A stretch of DNA of 64,000 nt. It comes from Mesotaenium endlicherianum. Its lineage: Eukaryota. The DNA lies in the NCBI GenBank assembly GCA_009602735.1, contig WELA01001243.1, positions 1 to 64,000 on the forward strand, given 5' to 3'. Both the position numbers and the translations under genes were made by a program. A model generated the notes under the pieces. The model was given only the letters and a program-made list of their open reading frames with translations, did no database searches and was not told the origin of the DNA. This document shows positions 29,601-43,934 of the stretch, piece by piece (the stretch's first letter is position 1; the number at the start of each line of letters is the position of its first letter).

Positions 29601-30515
29601 ATAACGTGCTGAGATGAAACAACGACATAACCTCCAAGTAAGCTGATGACGCTGTGCATCAACCACTTGTTTGCTGGCTATGACCGTATAACCAACATGC
29701 TCCCTGGTGCTGATGAAGCAGAAATGGTCCAGTTTCTTTGTGCTGCAGGTACGAGTATGACTGGAATAGGGCTCCCTTGTGGTGGAGTGGCTTTCAAACA
29801 GACACGCCCATGTACTTATTCCTGAAGAACATCATCAGCTTGAGGAAGCTATACAAGGTAAAACATTGTACGATGTCAAAGCCAGTACGAGGATGCAGGC
29901 AAATCAAAGTGACCGCCATTCAGCAACACATTTGACTTTGCCTGGTGCTAGTGGTGCTTTTTGCTAGTTAGGTAGGTACATATTTAGCTATGAAAACAAT
30001 GTGAGAGCAATATCGCAGATAGGGGGGAAAGGGGGGGGGAGGGTCCTTGTTCTCTACAGTGTTTTAAATTCATGCTCGGATACCCAGTCAGGTCTTTTTA
30101 TGCACTTTCTCCAATCTTCCCCGACTGCGGAGCATAATCACTCCCTGGCTTTGTGGTGGCTTTAAGTTTCCAGGAGTAGCTTGCTAAAGAGGTAAGCAAC
30201 TTCACTGCTGCTCTGATGCAGGTGTGGAGGTATGAGCAAGTTGAATCTTTCAGTTCGGTGGACATGTACGCCTTCTATAGGGGTCCTGCTCTTGTGGCTA
30301 TTACGAACCAGAAGTACAGGATAAGCTACACCTTGCCCCAGTCAGCACATCCATTTCCGCCAAAAGTGACTATTTGTAATCTGCTTATAGCCGGCTACGA
30401 TTGCCAGGTTGTAAAGCCCGACGGATCGCTGGATATCATATTGGAAGCAGGGGAGCAAAAGATATGGGTTCCTTACAGTAGAGCTCAAAATGATGTGTTG
30501 GCGATTGCTGATTGA
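26644..30515 (+). CDS. Secreted alpha-amylase, GH13 fungal/Taka-amylase type, copy 1 (7 exons)
   Basis: Signal peptide; [86 protein letters not shown]. Confidence 0.92.
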
Positions 30516-32668
30516 TATACTCCGCTGGACTTTCCCATGTGTGCCATATGTAAGTTGTAGCTTATAGACTGTATGTAACATGATAGTTTGTACTATGAAT
30601 TGCAAATGTAAGCTTGAAGTATTGACATTGTGTACCATGAAGATGGTTTTACTTGTAAGCATAGACTTGTAGTGCTACCATTTAAGGTGACGAAGTGTAC
30701 CTTGTGATCACCAGCATTTCTTTTACCATGTATATAGAATAGCAGGTACGAACTATTAGTCTAAAATCTTGTGTCAAGAAGGTACAGAGCATACATGTAC
30801 ACTACTTCAAAACCAAATGTCTTTAAAGGAGGAATTTTTTGCTCAAGTACAAAAACTAGTACCTAATATTGTTGTCTTAGAGACTGTCTTGTACAGCTGG
30901 ATAAAGTCATAAATGTCTGTGACTTTATCTTGAATTTTCAACCCTCAAGACCTATGTGATACTTGTCTGATTGTACAAACCAAGAAAGGATGGGAGCAAG
31001 TGTACCACAGACAGAAGCGTACATGGTTTTAATCAGAAGAGGAGGTTGTTCACAGATGAGAATAGACAAGATAGAGATAGCGACGCACTCTTGTACTAGC
31101 GTCATCATATCGAGTAGTTTAGAAGATGTTCTCTAATGGAGGATAGCTGAAACAGATGCCACTGATAATCTATAACTTTTATGCCCCCCTTAGGTATGTG
31201 ATCTGGTTTGTTGAATGGTTCAACATGAGGCATTAAGTTAAATATACTGACACCAGCTGGCAGCCACTACCCCAGCTTTATGAAATGATAGTATATATTC
31301 AGATGAATCAGCTCCCCTGCATCGTACGAAGTTCGCGTGCAAGAAGTAAAGTCGTTGTTACCTTCAAGGGGCAGGCTTGCTACTTCCATTACTACACAAC
31401 ACGTTGTAATAATTAGTGCATTGATTAACCAAGGTTTGCTAGTTGCTTCCAAGAGGTGCAGTAGTGCAGAGCAGAACTCGCACTCTACCCTTATGATATA
31501 AGCTAATACTAAGCAATCTCGTATCTCCAACTGGTAAGTTGCGACATGAAAGCCGTCCAATGGCTAGTATATTTTAAGCGAGGCGCTGTCAGTTATCTCA
31601 CACTTTCTGTGTAGGGAGACCTGAAAATGACACTAATAAATTTGGAAGAAGTTTTGGAGATGCATTTGCTCAGTTGCTGGCAAACAGTTGGCCCTCTGCT
31701 TCGCAAATGTGCATGAAACTTGGCCTCCCATTATGGTACTCGAGCCCTTTATTAGAAATACACCGACTGCGTTTGGGTACTTCAGTGTCCTCATACCTTG
31801 CAAGCTCACGAAGACCTGCAAGTGGCCTCGAGCGCCCAAACCTGACTTCAGAAGCCAGCTAGATTTGCAGATTGACCAAGTATTACCAACACAGAGTCAA
31901 GTTGCAGACGAACCTACCCTCACGAAGAAAATAAGCGCAGGGACGTAGCATGCCAGTGCTTCCCTATGCTGGACGACGATGTGCATTACATTAAATGCAA
32001 CTCTGTGTAGGACGGTCTAGGAATGGACTATGATAGGTGATGGTAGAAGGTCCAAAATGCTTTGCCGGCAATATTGTGCCCCATTACGTGAGGATCTGTA
32101 AGCTTCGACAATCCCAAGAGCAATATCGAGTGTAGGTTATGAAGGTCCTCTTGTACGTCCACAATCGGCTTGGAAGCAACGTCTGCCAATTATACCACTT
32201 CTATTGCAGACTCAGTGTTTCGTGTATCAGTGGTGAGACAAACTAATTGCGTAAGGAGTTCTTCGCAACGCATCAATTTGCATCGCAGAGATGATTGCTA
32301 TGAAGAAGTTGCAGCTTCGGGATTGTTTGTTGCAACAGGGGCCTGCTGTTTATAGTCGAGTATCGCTGCAAAGCAGACTTCCGGCTCGAGGCTGCTTATA
32401 TTATTCCTGGTATTGGCCTTTTCACCATACAACATGGCTGCTATTGACAAGCGGTGATGCTGTGTGAAATTCGAAGTGTTATGCATGTGGAGGCTAACAA
32501 ACTGCTGAAGCATAATCCTAACCTTGTTACTACAATCTTTACGAACTATATGAATGTGGTCGAAACCTGATGCCGCTGACACATATAATTTGCAGGTTGA
32601 AACATCCCAGTAGCCCATGTTGAACTCTGGCTCCCACTTTTTCTGGATCCCAGTTTTAATTGCCGAAC

Positions 32669-33368
32669 ATGAAGGCTGCATTTCTTACTGCTCTTCTGGC
32701 TCTACAGGTGCACTCCTTCAATGCAGCTTGCAGAGGGCCTAAAGATTGGTCAACCCGTACAATATATCAGCTGCTTGTAGATCGCTTTTCGACGGATGAC
32801 GGCTACAATGGAACATGTTCTTCAGCAGGGTCCCTGGACAGCGTCTACTGTGGAGGAACGTTCAAGGGTATAGAGAACAACCTGGAATACATTGCAGACA
32901 TGGGCTTTGACGCAATCTGGATAACACCTGTGACAGAAAATGTAGAGGGAGGTTATCACGGATACTGGCCGATGGCCTTGTACACAGTAAATCATTACCT
33001 GAGCTCGGAAGGCACTGTAGAGGCAGCTACTAAAGACCTTAAACAGTTTGTGACAGCTGCTCATGCAAGGTATGCCATGTTATCTACAATGATCTGCCTG
33101 CATGCATCTAGCTGCGCTTCTTGAAGCGCTTCTTTTTGCGGCCATGGTGATCAAATTGTTGCTGTATAAGCCAGCAAAGTGCAAGAAACTCAAGGTGTCC
33201 TTGTTAATTTTGCGGCGGAGGGCATCCACATCTTTAAACACAGAGAATGACTACAAAAGTGGTCACTTTTTTTTGTGCACATTGAGTGCCACCCGTCGTC
33301 ATCAGCTGATTATTAGCTGGCACTTTTGTTCCAGCAGAGCACGAAATACGAAATCCTAACAAAGATGA

Positions 33369-33429
<61 letters not shown>

Positions 33430-33466
33430 CGCGCGCGCGTGTCTGTGCACGTGTGCGCACGAGCAA

Positions 33467-33498
<32 letters not shown>

Positions 33499-36400
33499 TG
33501 GGTGTGGGTGTGGGAATGTGCATATGTGTTTGTGTGCGTGCACGCATGGAGGCGAAGGGGGCGCCGATGAAGACACACCAGCACAGGTGTTGTAGAGCTA
33601 CCAGCGCCACTCTGGAGTCAAATGTGGAGGAGGAAGGGGAGAGGCTGAGAAGAGGGAGATTTTGCTGCTACTTAGCCAACTTGGTTTGCACTCACAGGGA
33701 GCCCCCAGGCCCTGGGCACAGCCTTGCAGGAAGTTGAGGCANCGTGTTGTTAGAGACATTTGGGTCATGATAGATGTGGTACCCAACCACATGGGAGGTG
33801 CCTCGGTGACATACTTGGACGACTACGAAATATTCTCTCCGTTTGACAAGAAGGAGCACTACCATGACTACGTGTGTGGGTCTAGTCTGTGTAACCAAGA
33901 CCCTGGGGATCACTTCTGCACCATTCCTTCCAAGGCATACAGCGTGGATGGTGTTTCTTGTAAGGTAAGAGCTGCGACTTGTACTTGTCATGTCGGCAGT
34001 GGGCTAGACACTAGTCTAGACTGCGGGTCATTCAATCTCTGACATATTGAATCTTGAGTGGAGATCATACTGGAGCAGTCAGAGGGGCTGTGCCAGCTTC
34101 TTCATACTAGGAAGCGTGCATGACATTTCATCGTCAAATTTCTTATTCGTCGACTCTTCACTCATCTTCAGTCGTGGTATACATGCAAGTTTGCAGCCAG
34201 AGGCCTCCAAATGCAAGACTCTTGCTAATTGCATGAGGGCTTCACATGTGAGTTGAAATCACATGGATTCTCACGCAGTATTGCTTGAAGTATTTCTCTG
34301 TCTGTTGACTTCCGACAAGTGTGCCTTTGCTTCATTTCTACAGGAACCATTGATGGAAGCCGTGGACCTGTGCCGAGAAGCTCCTGGTTTGTTTGACCTT
34401 GACCAGTCAAACCCCTTTGTGCGCGACAACCTCACTTACTGGCTGAATTGGATCACGGCAGTAAGTTCAAAGACATGCCTGCGACCTCGCATGAGAAGCA
34501 GACCTCTTGACAGAATGCACGCATCCTGCCAGACCTGCAGTCTTCCTGCATGTCACCTGTGAAAAACAAAGTCCAGCCTTCAACGCCAGACTCACATCAC
34601 CTGGCATTCTACTTCAGGTGCAAGTATTGTGCAGTTATCCTCAAACCTGTCCGGTCTTTGTTCGAGGAGATGTGTGCGACGAGTCACCAATACACTAGGT
34701 GGTAGGGTGATGGAGCAGGAGTTCCAGTTCGATGGCATCCGAGTAGACTCGATGAAGCACGCCTCCCTGGACTTCTGGCAAGAGTTCAAGGCTGCGACGG
34801 ACTGCTACCTCATTGGCGAGGTCAGCGAGGCCAACTACTCGTGCTTCCTCGCCAACTACCAGAAGGAGGTGAGGACTCCAATGCAGGTCCCACTAGCCTC
34901 GTTGAGTCTTGACTTGCCTGAAGACCAAGCATGCATCAAGGAAGAGCTGCAGACGCCATCTGAGGGTTGGGTACTAGAGGTTCCTCATGACTGTCTGCCT
35001 TCTGTCCCACCTCCGAATCTGTTGTGGCTTGTTAGTCTGTTGTGGCAAGCCTAGAAGAGCCCAAGAGAGCCTAAGTGGGCCTTCCAGAGCGTCTTGTGTG
35101 TCCACTTGGAGATAGCCAACACGCTGACGAGGTAGGTGGTTGGGAAGGAAGTTGGGCAATTGCAGATACTAGCGACTGTGCGTCCAGATTATTGTGTTAT
35201 CAGGCAGCATGCCAGTTAGAACATGTCAACCTGGCGTGCGTGGGTATATAAAAGTTCCTTAGCTTTGGAAGGAGATCTGCCAGCTGCTCATGTTGGGTGC
35301 ATGGAGAAACTGACATGCATCTTTTTTGTGCCCCCCTTCATACACAAACTTTCTCATGAACATGTTCCTGTTTCACTCCATGCAGGGAGCAGCAGACGGA
35401 TTGCTCTCATACCCCCAGGCTTACGTTCTGAGGGACGTCTTTGGAGGCCTTGAGGACATGCGCCAGATATCTTCCATTCACCGGGACATGAAAAATACGT
35501 TTGCTGTCTTGAGTGTTCTCGGAACGTTCTTGGACAATCACGATCTTGATCGATTCGGGAGTCTGAACGGAGACCTGAAGGCCGCGGAGAATGCGCTGCT
35601 TTATGTTCTCTTCAGCGTCGGCATCCCCATTGTGTACTATGGGACGGAACAAGGCTACTACGGAATGTAAGAAAATCAGGAAGACTGCTCCTTGCTCTTG
35701 GCCCCTCATTACTCTGCACTCATCGCAATCACTCGTAGGCTGGCACATACTATACTGGAACCCAACTGCAGGGCTTGTTGACTAACAATTTGCGCACGGA
35801 AGCTGGCAGGGAATAGGGTTCTGATGTTGTGTAACTCAACGTCCTCCTTGACTTCCTGTTATGACTTCGTGTACTGCTCTGCCCCTGCTTGGCAGGAGGG
35901 AAGAGGACGGGAACAGAGAGCCCTTGTGGTGGAGTGGCTTCAAGACTGATTCTCCTCTCTACGTGTACCTCAAGAATGTGATCCGCCTGAGGAAGGTGTA
36001 CGAGGTATGCTGCCGACAACATCAGCAGAGCATGTTGGGGACATCCATTGCATGTGGGAATTGACTTAGTAATACATACACATTCAGTTTTGACTTGCCT
36101 CACCCTCCTTTTTATCGTCCTCTTTCAGAGCCTGCTAGTCGATTGGTATGTTTCGAGTTCTTGTTGTCAGACAACCAATTATTAGCATGAGGTGTACATG
36201 CTCCCCATAGCTGAAGCAAAATTATATGCGCTTTCGTCGATGTTTGCTATCTTTTGCAGGTTTGGAAGTATGAGCAAATAGAATGTTACAGTGCGATCGA
36301 CATGTACGTCTTCTCGAGGGGTCCTGTTCTTGTCACTCTCACCAACCAGAAGTACAGGATAAGCTACACCTTGCCCTCGACGGCCCATCCTTACTCACCA

Positions 36401-36550
36401 GGAATTATGATATGCAACATTCTTGTAACTCAATTTGACTGCCAGAATGTGCAACCTGATGGCTCATTGCCACTGACTTTATTGGGAGGAGAGCAAAAAA
36501 TATGGGTAGCTTCTAGTTCCCCTGCAGGTGTAACAGGCAAAGCCGATTGA
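32669..36550 (+). CDS. Secreted alpha-amylase, GH13 fungal/Taka-amylase type, copy 2 (tandem paralog, 7 exons)
   Basis: [12 protein letters not shown] signal peptide; same motifs and same intron positions as copy 1 ([20 protein letters not shown]). Confidence 0.92.
33370..33513. repeat. (GT)n compound microsatellite in amylase 2 intron 1
   Basis: Long GT runs with GC and GTGGGT interruptions. Confidence 0.92.
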
Positions 36551-37366
36551 ATCAAGGCCAGTACTTCTACTATCTAAGAAACTACCTCATGACATGCTGA
36601 TTGGTGCACAAGATGTACAAGACAGGTCTCTCTTTCCATAACTTCTGCTGTGTCTTAATGAGGTCAGCTTACATGCTGAGCAAATTTTAGTACCTGTCAT
36701 ACCACCACACAAAATGAGAGATGAGAGAATCAGCACAAAGATTCCAATGAGAGCATGAGAAAGGACTCCCCAACATGTGCAATGTTAAGCAGATCGCATG
36801 CTGCACTATGAAGGCATCGCCACTAGAGGCGAATGCATCGCACTAAGCTAGTTACGTTGATGTGGGCCACCTGCCCTCTTTCAACACATGCCAACAAACA
36901 CCAACAAGAATTACCAGCGACATTCTCTCATAGCTCTCATCTTGGACGACACATCATGCAGCAGATTAAATGCAAAAGCAGCTACAGGGGCCCGGGCCAG
37001 ATGCAGCTCCTCCTCTGCCCAGTTGAGAAAGTGCACAAAAGCTTCCAATCTTGAACCAAGCAACCGGCTGGGTGAAGAGCACGGCCTTGCCTGCAAAATT
37101 GTGGCCCATGCAGAGCATGCCGCTGCTGCAAGGCAGCGGTGGGCATGTGGGGCTGACTCCCTACTGATGTTGTTGAAAGCGGCGCCGAAAGCGGGCTGTG
37201 GCTTCTCCACCCACAGGCTTTCAGAACATTTGCACTCCAACCTGCTCACACCTCTCCTCCTGGTTGCGCGCCCGCTACCTGTCCAACGCTTCCTGGCTGA
37301 GCACAGGTAAGCAGCAGGAGGCTAAAGCGCCACGTGCTTGACTGACGCATCTTCTGCAGAGAGGCA

Positions 37367-40300
37367 TCAGTTTTTCAACTCCTTCCCGCCAACGGGCGCG
37401 AGGAGCTCAGGAGCAGGGGGGGAGGGAAATTCCTCTGCGGGGGAGCCAAACTGGCGCCAGAGGAGAGCGAGACCGCTGCCCATGATGTTCATGAGCACGG
37501 CCGAGAGCGCTGCGGGGATGGGCGCCAGCGGGGAGGCGAAGTGCTGCGTGGCCAGCACCACCCCCAGCGACGAGTTTTGCATCCCCACCTGTGCACCACA
37601 AGTGCCACCAGCTTGCAGACTGCTGAGAGCCTTTCGCCTGCGTTCCAGGGGGGGCTGGTAGGCACATTCGCGGCGGTCATCATGGACATGCGCATGGCGC
37701 ATGCAGACGTGTGCCAACATACGTAGGTCTATACGTAGGCGAGAGAGAGAGAGAGAGAGAGAGAGCACATATGCATACCTCGATGGAGACGGCTCTGCGC
37801 TGGGGCTCGCTGAAGCCCACTAGCCATGCTGCTAAGTACCTGAACATGAGAACAACCCGTCCACTACCCTTGCCAGTCAGAGGTAGCCAGAGGTAGGCGG
37901 CTTGACAACCGCTGGCCTCTGCACAGCCCAACAGCCTGTGTCTGACATCGGCAAAAGATTACATTGTCTCCTTTTTGCTTCACCACATGGATGCGGCTGA
38001 GATGGTCAGTAGAAACCGTATGCCTCCTGCCTCCTTTGAAAGGCTTAGAAAGTTCTGCAGTGAGGTTGTCCCACGGCTCACAGGCACGTGGATGTCAAAC
38101 GAGCAGAAGAGGAAGGGTCAGCTTTTGCTGTAAGGTCTCCTCCCTGCCCATCAATGCTACATCTGCTCTGCTGGCCAGCCTCTGGCCCTTCGCAATCAAT
38201 GCAAGAGTGACGTACTCCGAGGTAGACAAAGTTTGTGTTACAGCAGCCGAAAAGACGACCTGGCAGCAAATGGAAGGGTTCTCATGCCTTTGCCAGCAAG
38301 TGAATAGGCGTGCACTCGGGCACATCAGAAAGCACTGTCAACACACGGAGCACAGGGCAGCGCCTGCTGTCGTCAAGGCAGCGGAAGAAATACCCGATGA
38401 AGAATCCAGTGCTGTGGACGAACAGCACGCCCGCCACCAAAGCTCCCAGCTGGCTCCCAGAGGGGCCGCCAGCAAGCCCCCCGGAAGCTTCTAGGAGGAG
38501 CGGAATGTTGGCTGAGAAGACACTGCACGCCCCACGCGCCCGCCGGGGTCCACACTTCAGTGCCAATAAACACGCCTAGACATGTACCCTATGTGTGACG
38601 CAGCGTGGGCGCCATGAAGACTGCAGGAAATAGAGCCCAGGCAGCGCACGAGAGAGCTGCACACATCCTGACAATATGCATGATGATTGTGCTAGAGGCG
38701 ATCAGCGGCAGTCCGCCAATATGCCTGCTCTGCCCCGTGGTGGAGGCTGCTCACACTTCCACCCTTCCTGCCCGAGGCCTGTCCATCTACAACCCCCAGC
38801 TCAACTGGGCAGGCAAGCAAGCGGGCAGGCAGGCCGACTATCCAAATCGGCACCAACTCCATCACCACAGACACCTAGCAGTGTCAGCAGGTCTCCTCCT
38901 CTTACACACTCATGCGCCGGTCCTTCCCACCAGACGCCTTCCCGCCTGCTCACTCCCCGCCCCCCCTACCCAACCGCAGGCATCGTTAGGTCAGCACCGT
39001 TAGAAGCTCTGTGGGTGACACGAGAGAGACGCAGTGGTTACCTGCAGGCCAGCACGGACGAGATGAGCACGGCCACCAGGGGCGAGAAGCGCGAGACGCG
39101 CGCCACAGCCTGCGGCTGCGCGCTCTGCAGCCACGTGCCCAGCAGCACGGGCACCACCACCACCTGGCACACATACACACACACATGCGCGCGCGCGCGC
39201 CATGCAGGCCACCCAAATAAAAACAGATGTATGTGTGTTTTGAGCTTAAGAATGTGCATATGTGTGTGCGCGCGCGCGCGTGTGTGTGCTTGTGTGTGTG
39301 TGTGCACATATGTGTGTGTGGCACGTGTGCATGTGTGTGTTGGGGGGGGGGGGGGGGGGGGGCGTGCGGGCGTGTGCGCGCGTGNGGGGGGGGGGGGGGA
39401 GGGGTGCGTGCGCGCACGCGGGCGCGTCCATGTGCGAGGCGGTTGTTTGTCCCCGTGACTGCCGAGGAGAGAGATATCCGACGCTCTTCATTGAGGGCGA
39501 GATGATGCTCAGACCTCAAGCTGATGGATGTGAGAAAGGACCAGCAAAGGAAGAGCTGAAAGGTGAGACGCAGAGGAGGAGGAGGAGGAGGAGGAAAAGA
39601 TGCTGGCCCAGCAGCACGCCTGACTCCGCGATAGCTACGCGGGCGGTCCCCACAACTCTTCCAGGTTTTATCTGAAATCAAACCTGGAGTAATGCCTCCT
39701 GCCTTTGCGGCAGCATGGGTAGCTGAACAGAACACATCCTTCCTGCCTGAGAAGCTTTTCTGCTCAATATGCTGCCTCAGCAAACCCGCGACATTGTGCT
39801 GCTCGTACGCCAGCTGGCACAGCATGGCCCCCCCGCTCCCTCACTTCACACTACTCTCTGGCGCACGCCCCAAAACCTGGATCATATTAACACTAAGAAA
39901 TGCCCTATAGACTCCTCTAACACCCAGGCAACTTCCCCAGAACGGGACAGGGCGGGACGTGGAAGGGAGTTAGGGTCAGAACCCGGGCCAGCACCAGCCC
40001 AGCACCAGCATCCCCGCCTCCCCTTACCCCCGCTCCCCCCTCCNNNNNNNNNNNNNNNNNNNNNNNNNNNNNNNNNNNNNNNNNNNNNNNNNNNNNNNNN
40101 NNNNNNNNNNNNNNNNNNNNNNNNNNNNNNNNNNNNNNNNNNNNNNNNNNNNNNNNNNNNNNNNNNNNNNNGGGGGGGGCGGCGTCGTGCGATCAGAATT
40201 TCTTTGGATCGCAGGAAGGGGCCTGTTGGGGGCATTACATGCAGGTGCCAGGTGCAACCCAGACGTGGAGGAGAGCAGGGTCATGTAGTCCGTCAAAATG

Positions 40301-42169
40301 TGTTTGGATCCTGTGCAGGGGCTGTTCAGCAGGTGCCATCTGTGTGGTAAGATAGAAGACTTATTAAGGTCCTCATCTCCAGTGCTACAAATTGGAGCTG
40401 GAGCGCGAGCTGGAGCCGGAAGCAGAGCCGGAGCCGGAGCCGATCCTGACCTGCGCCAGCACTGTGCACTCCGACAGGACGAGGAAGCAGAGGCCTGGCT
40501 GGGTCCCATCTGCAGCGTGTGATTCAGCTAGGCCGAGCTGCGGTGCTATGCCCTGAGCACGGGCAGGCAGCCTCCCTCACTGCCTGAGTGGCAGTAGCAG
40601 CTACGACAAAAGCAGCTGCCAGGGGTTAACAGGCAGGGCTTAAGAGTACGGATGAAGTGTGAGCTGGACGGGGCTCCACGATGCATCCGTTCTTCTTCCT
40701 CGGACGTATGAGCTCCTCTGCATCAGCTGCCACACAGGCCGCAGGCGGCTGGCATTTGCAGGCGCGTCACGTCGGGTGTTGAGAGGGAGAGAGGGAGAGA
40801 CGTCGGGGAAGAGAGAAGCAGAGTCGGGAGGTGACACTGGTGTGCATCTTCTTGTATGTGGCGCTGAAGGCGGCAAGCATGGTGCAGCCATTCTCTCGGA
40901 TTCCTGGACATGTACCGTGTGAAGGCACGATGTACTTCTAAGAGTGCTTTCCGAGAGGAGAGAGAAGCTCCTGAGGTGAAAAGGCGTATGTTTGGCCGTA
41001 CGTTTGGGTGTATTTTTGGAAAGTGGACGGCTGTGGGTGTGATGCGTACCACGTTGGAGGCCGTGCCGCCTGGGCAGCAGGAGACAAGAATGAGGCCCGC
41101 CGAGAGCTCGGGGGAGAGCCAGAACAGGTGGCTGGCAAGCAGCCCCATGGCCGGCATGATGGCGTACTGGGCGGCGAAGCCGAAGATGACCTGCCACACA
41201 AGTGACGTGACACACGTCAACTACTTGTGTGCGTTTGACGCAGACGAGGACCAACGGGTGAATTCGGACTTCTGACATTCCGACTTTGACAGCAAGTGCA
41301 GCCGGAAAGACTTGCCGCTCGACACATGAGCAAAGGGAGATGAGAGAAGTACAGCAGCTCCGGCTTCCTGCGTTCCTTCCTTACATAAGAACGTGCGAGT
41401 GCTCCTCTGGGAGGGCGGACAAGCGGACAATCGGACAAGAAGGCAAGTTAGGCAGGTTGGAGGCTTTCCAAAAAAGAGTTGGTCCAGCATTACCGGAAAA
41501 AAAGTTGGTCCAGCATTGGGCTCTGTAAACCTACCAAGCATGCTACTACCATGCCTGATAACCCCTATCGAGGGGCTAATGGAGTATCCAAGTAACTGCT
41601 CGAGAAAGACACACGTTACGTACTGCTTTGGGGCGGTGTAAGATGACGCCCGTCAAATCCTCCACCCTCAGAGTGAGGCCCATCACGAGCATTATTGCCC
41701 CCAGGGCCATGCTGTAGGAGCCAGGGCCCCTGCTAACGAACCAAGCAAATGTCTCGGGCTTTTTCAAGGCCAGGAAGCCCCCAAGGATGACATAGACAGG
41801 GTACAGGCGCGTCAGGACTTCCAGGACTCTGTCCAAAATAAAGGGCTCTTTGTTCCTAGCATTCGTGTCAATCTCTTTCCCTGGGCTTGCAGCAGCTCTA
41901 AGCTTCTCGCGACGTGCTCGGAGTGGGTCTTCATGCGAGAAGACGAATGCGCCCTGACGTCTTAGAACCACTGCGTTGGCTAATTTCCTCGCCATGAACG
42001 TTGACCGATCCCTCGGAGAGATTTTGGAGCAGCATGCTCTGCAACCTTTAGCATGCCTCATGTGTACACTTCGGGACGTGGCCGTCTGTGCTTGAGTTGG
42101 AATAGGAGGACAGCTCTGCCATATAAAATGCGGCCTGACAGAAAGCAATGGAGGGGCCACTGTCACCAT
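37367..42169 (-). CDS. Bile acid:sodium symporter family transporter (plastid BASS-type), about 6 exons
   Basis: Transit-peptide-like N-terminus; MLVMGLTL; AQYAIMPAMG..AGLILVSCCPGGTASNV; VVVPVLLG; HSTGFFIGY; RAVSIE|VGMQNSSLGVVLATQHF..PAALSAVLMNIMGS. Confidence 0.9.
37740..37765. repeat. (GA)n microsatellite
   Basis: About 12 GA units in a BASS intron. Confidence 0.85.
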
Positions 42170-43177
42170 AGTTGATCAAATAATAAGCCCAAGTCTAAGT
42201 CATTTCGTCGCTGAACCTATGTTCTTAGCTGCTCTGCACGTCTGGCTTTACCATGAAGAACGATTACATTTGGACTCTGAATATGTATAGGGTTTCCGTA
42301 CGCATGCACTCTCTGACCAGGATTTCTCGTGGGAAATCTGTAGTACTCGATTATCACTACTCGACTATTACTGATTCTCACAGTTATACGAGATCACTTA
42401 GGACTGACATAGGAAGTCTCTACGGTTAAGCTTGAGTGTATGCATCACCGAGTACGATGATGCTGATCCATGCTCATCCGTGCTAATCCGCATCGCCGTA
42501 GTGTACTGTCTCCGCCTGTCTCCGTCCCGCCAGTGACCAATGACCATAGTTCATCTGTGTTCCCCATATATGCGTAACAACGTGAAAAACAAGCACTTTC
42601 CAGCATGCACTTTCAGGGCCAGTTCACAGTGCACAGATATACCAACCCATGCTCCCAGTTCGAACAGGAATTGTTGAGGAAAAAACGCGTAGAGTGCATT
42701 TTGGGTCTTGCACGTTTTTACTCGAAAATAATCTGGCCCACAATCCGTCTTCGGCATTTTTCGCCCAAAACTTCTCGATACGATCTGTGACTAAACTTAT
42801 CGGGCGCCCCATATGGCCAAGTGCTTGGTACCGATCACTCGTCGATATGTCAGGCGTCAAGCGTGCGGACTCAGAATGATCTCGTCACATCATCGTTAAA
42901 AGCGACCGAACATGGCACCAGGGGTTTCCCGGATACAAACAGCGTGTGCACGCCCAGCGCTAGCCAGCTCAGTTTACCCCACGCATTATAACCGCTTGAT
43001 ATACATTAAGAAGGCACAAACTACAAGGTTGGCGCTTTCGAGCGTGCGCTGGTCGTCGAGGCGTGTTAAATAAATACGCGCGTGCAACCATGGATGCAAC
43101 AAGTAGTAATAGTTTATAATTGAATCTTAAGGATAAATTGAGAATATCATGCTAATTTGGAGAATGGTGTGTGTTTA

Positions 43178-43934
43178 AACATGTGCATATGTGGTGGGGA
43201 ACAAGCATGTGCCAATTTGCGCTTTTGTGTTGCTTGCATGGGTGCACGCGTGCATGCAAGCATTTACACATGGTATATCCATAATAAGGTGTCAAGGACG
43301 TGTAAAAGCATAGAAAGATAATGAAAGTGTACGCTCAACCACATGCTTGGGTCTGTGGATGCATGCGTGTATGCGAACAAGCATTTGTATTACGCATGCA
43401 TGTGCAATTTTAGCGTACGGCATGTGGACGCGTATAGTATGTATGAAAGGGCAAAGGCGGCCAAGAAATGATGTTTGCACGCGAATGCACAGCAATTACG
43501 CCAAGAAGCTGGTTTTGACTCGCGCAACGCATTTAAATCAACCTACATGAAGAAAGTAGCCAGTTTGCACGTATCGGTACCTTGTATTCATAACCACGCA
43601 TGCAGTATGATGCCCGCAAGCATGATGCACTCAAGCATGAATTAAGGCAAGGCAAGTATTATTTAAATTTTCTGCTAAGTCTTAGGATGAGCAGATGGTG
43701 AGAGCTGGGTGAAGGAGAACATTGCTCTGAGTGTTGGTCATGGTTGCATGGTGCAAGTTCAGGAGCCCGGGGATGGGTAAACCTTGGTAAGGATTGTCAC
43801 CGACACACGTGCAAAGGTCGATCGACCATGTTTGCCCACACGTGAGGAGGGCCACCGACACATCGACCAGGTCGAAGGCACACATGCTGGAAGGCTATGC
43901 ACGTGCCAAGGGACCGACACTGTTAGGCACGACA
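43178..43934 (+). repeat. Left terminal-repeat blocks of family B (block A 43178-43638, block B 43639-43934)
   Basis: Block B matches 63424-63718; block A (43178-43460) matches 63718-64000. Confidence 0.85.

Noticed and set aside
33234..33737. His/Thr- and Cys/Val-repeat ORFs (also 39.2-39.5 kb)
   Set aside because: Translations of (GT)n/(GC)n microsatellites in introns.
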